Shown: positions 63,726-64,000 of the stretch, piece after piece
How positions within the stretch are numbered: position 1 is the first letter of the stretch
How the letters are laid out: each line of letters opens with the position of its first letter
DNA from: Leucoraja erinacea
Taxonomy: Eukaryota
Direction of reading: 5' to 3'
NCBI RefSeq assembly: GCF_028641065.1
Contig: NC_073404.1
Location: forward strand, 20,398,001-20,462,000
Length of the DNA: 64,000 nt
The notes under the pieces: model-generated
Seen by the model: the letters and a program-made list of their open reading frames with translations, nothing else
The model's database searches: none
What the model was told of the DNA's origin: nothing
Position numbers and translations under genes: made by a program

Positions 63726-64000
63726 TAAGACCGACAATACTGTGATTTTGAGTCACCAAGACTGACTATACAACATTACCTAGACTTCATAAGATTAACA
63801 AAACATTGCATAGGCAAAGGAGATTATCTACTCCTTAATAGCTTTTTCATTTCACCCGATCACCAAAATTCTCTTTGTTCTACCCTCTGCCCCCCACATC
63901 CAATGCTGCCGAAACTAACGTGTTTTCTCTTATTCGCAGTTCTGGTAAATATACCATTTACCAGTTAACAATCTGAAATGTTAACTGTTTCTCTTTACGC

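Overview
Vertebrate genomic DNA. The repeat content (V-SINE/HE1-type SINEs, CR1, Penelope-derived repeats) suggests a cartilaginous fish, probably a skate or ray; this is inference. Three protein-coding genes were reconstructed by reading splice sites by hand. (1) A complete 18-exon MKS1 on the minus strand (CDS 32468->4087, 563 aa), with two RFX X-boxes at its promoter and a GC-AG intron 7. (2) A complete 6-exon BCL7B on the minus strand (47603->37956, 210 aa), with a candidate extra 30-nt in-frame microexon. (3) An intronless DNAJC30 on the plus strand (50171-51529), divergent from BCL7B, with an unusually long N-terminus. Introns and intergenic DNA are packed with transposons: Tc1/mariner-type, Harbinger and hAT non-autonomous elements, Helitron-like 3' ends, and CR1, L1, Rex1 and Penelope remnants. 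The most notable non-genic signal is a dispersed Penelope-derived repeat carrying a minimal hammerhead-ribozyme-like core (CUGAAGA-A-stem II-GAAACGUC), often as inverted pairs. Region 13250-14450 is a scrambled mosaic copy of neighbouring sequence, probably an assembly artefact. No recognisable coding exons were found in 52-64 kb. Comparisons to human proteins and exon sizes are from memory, not from a search.
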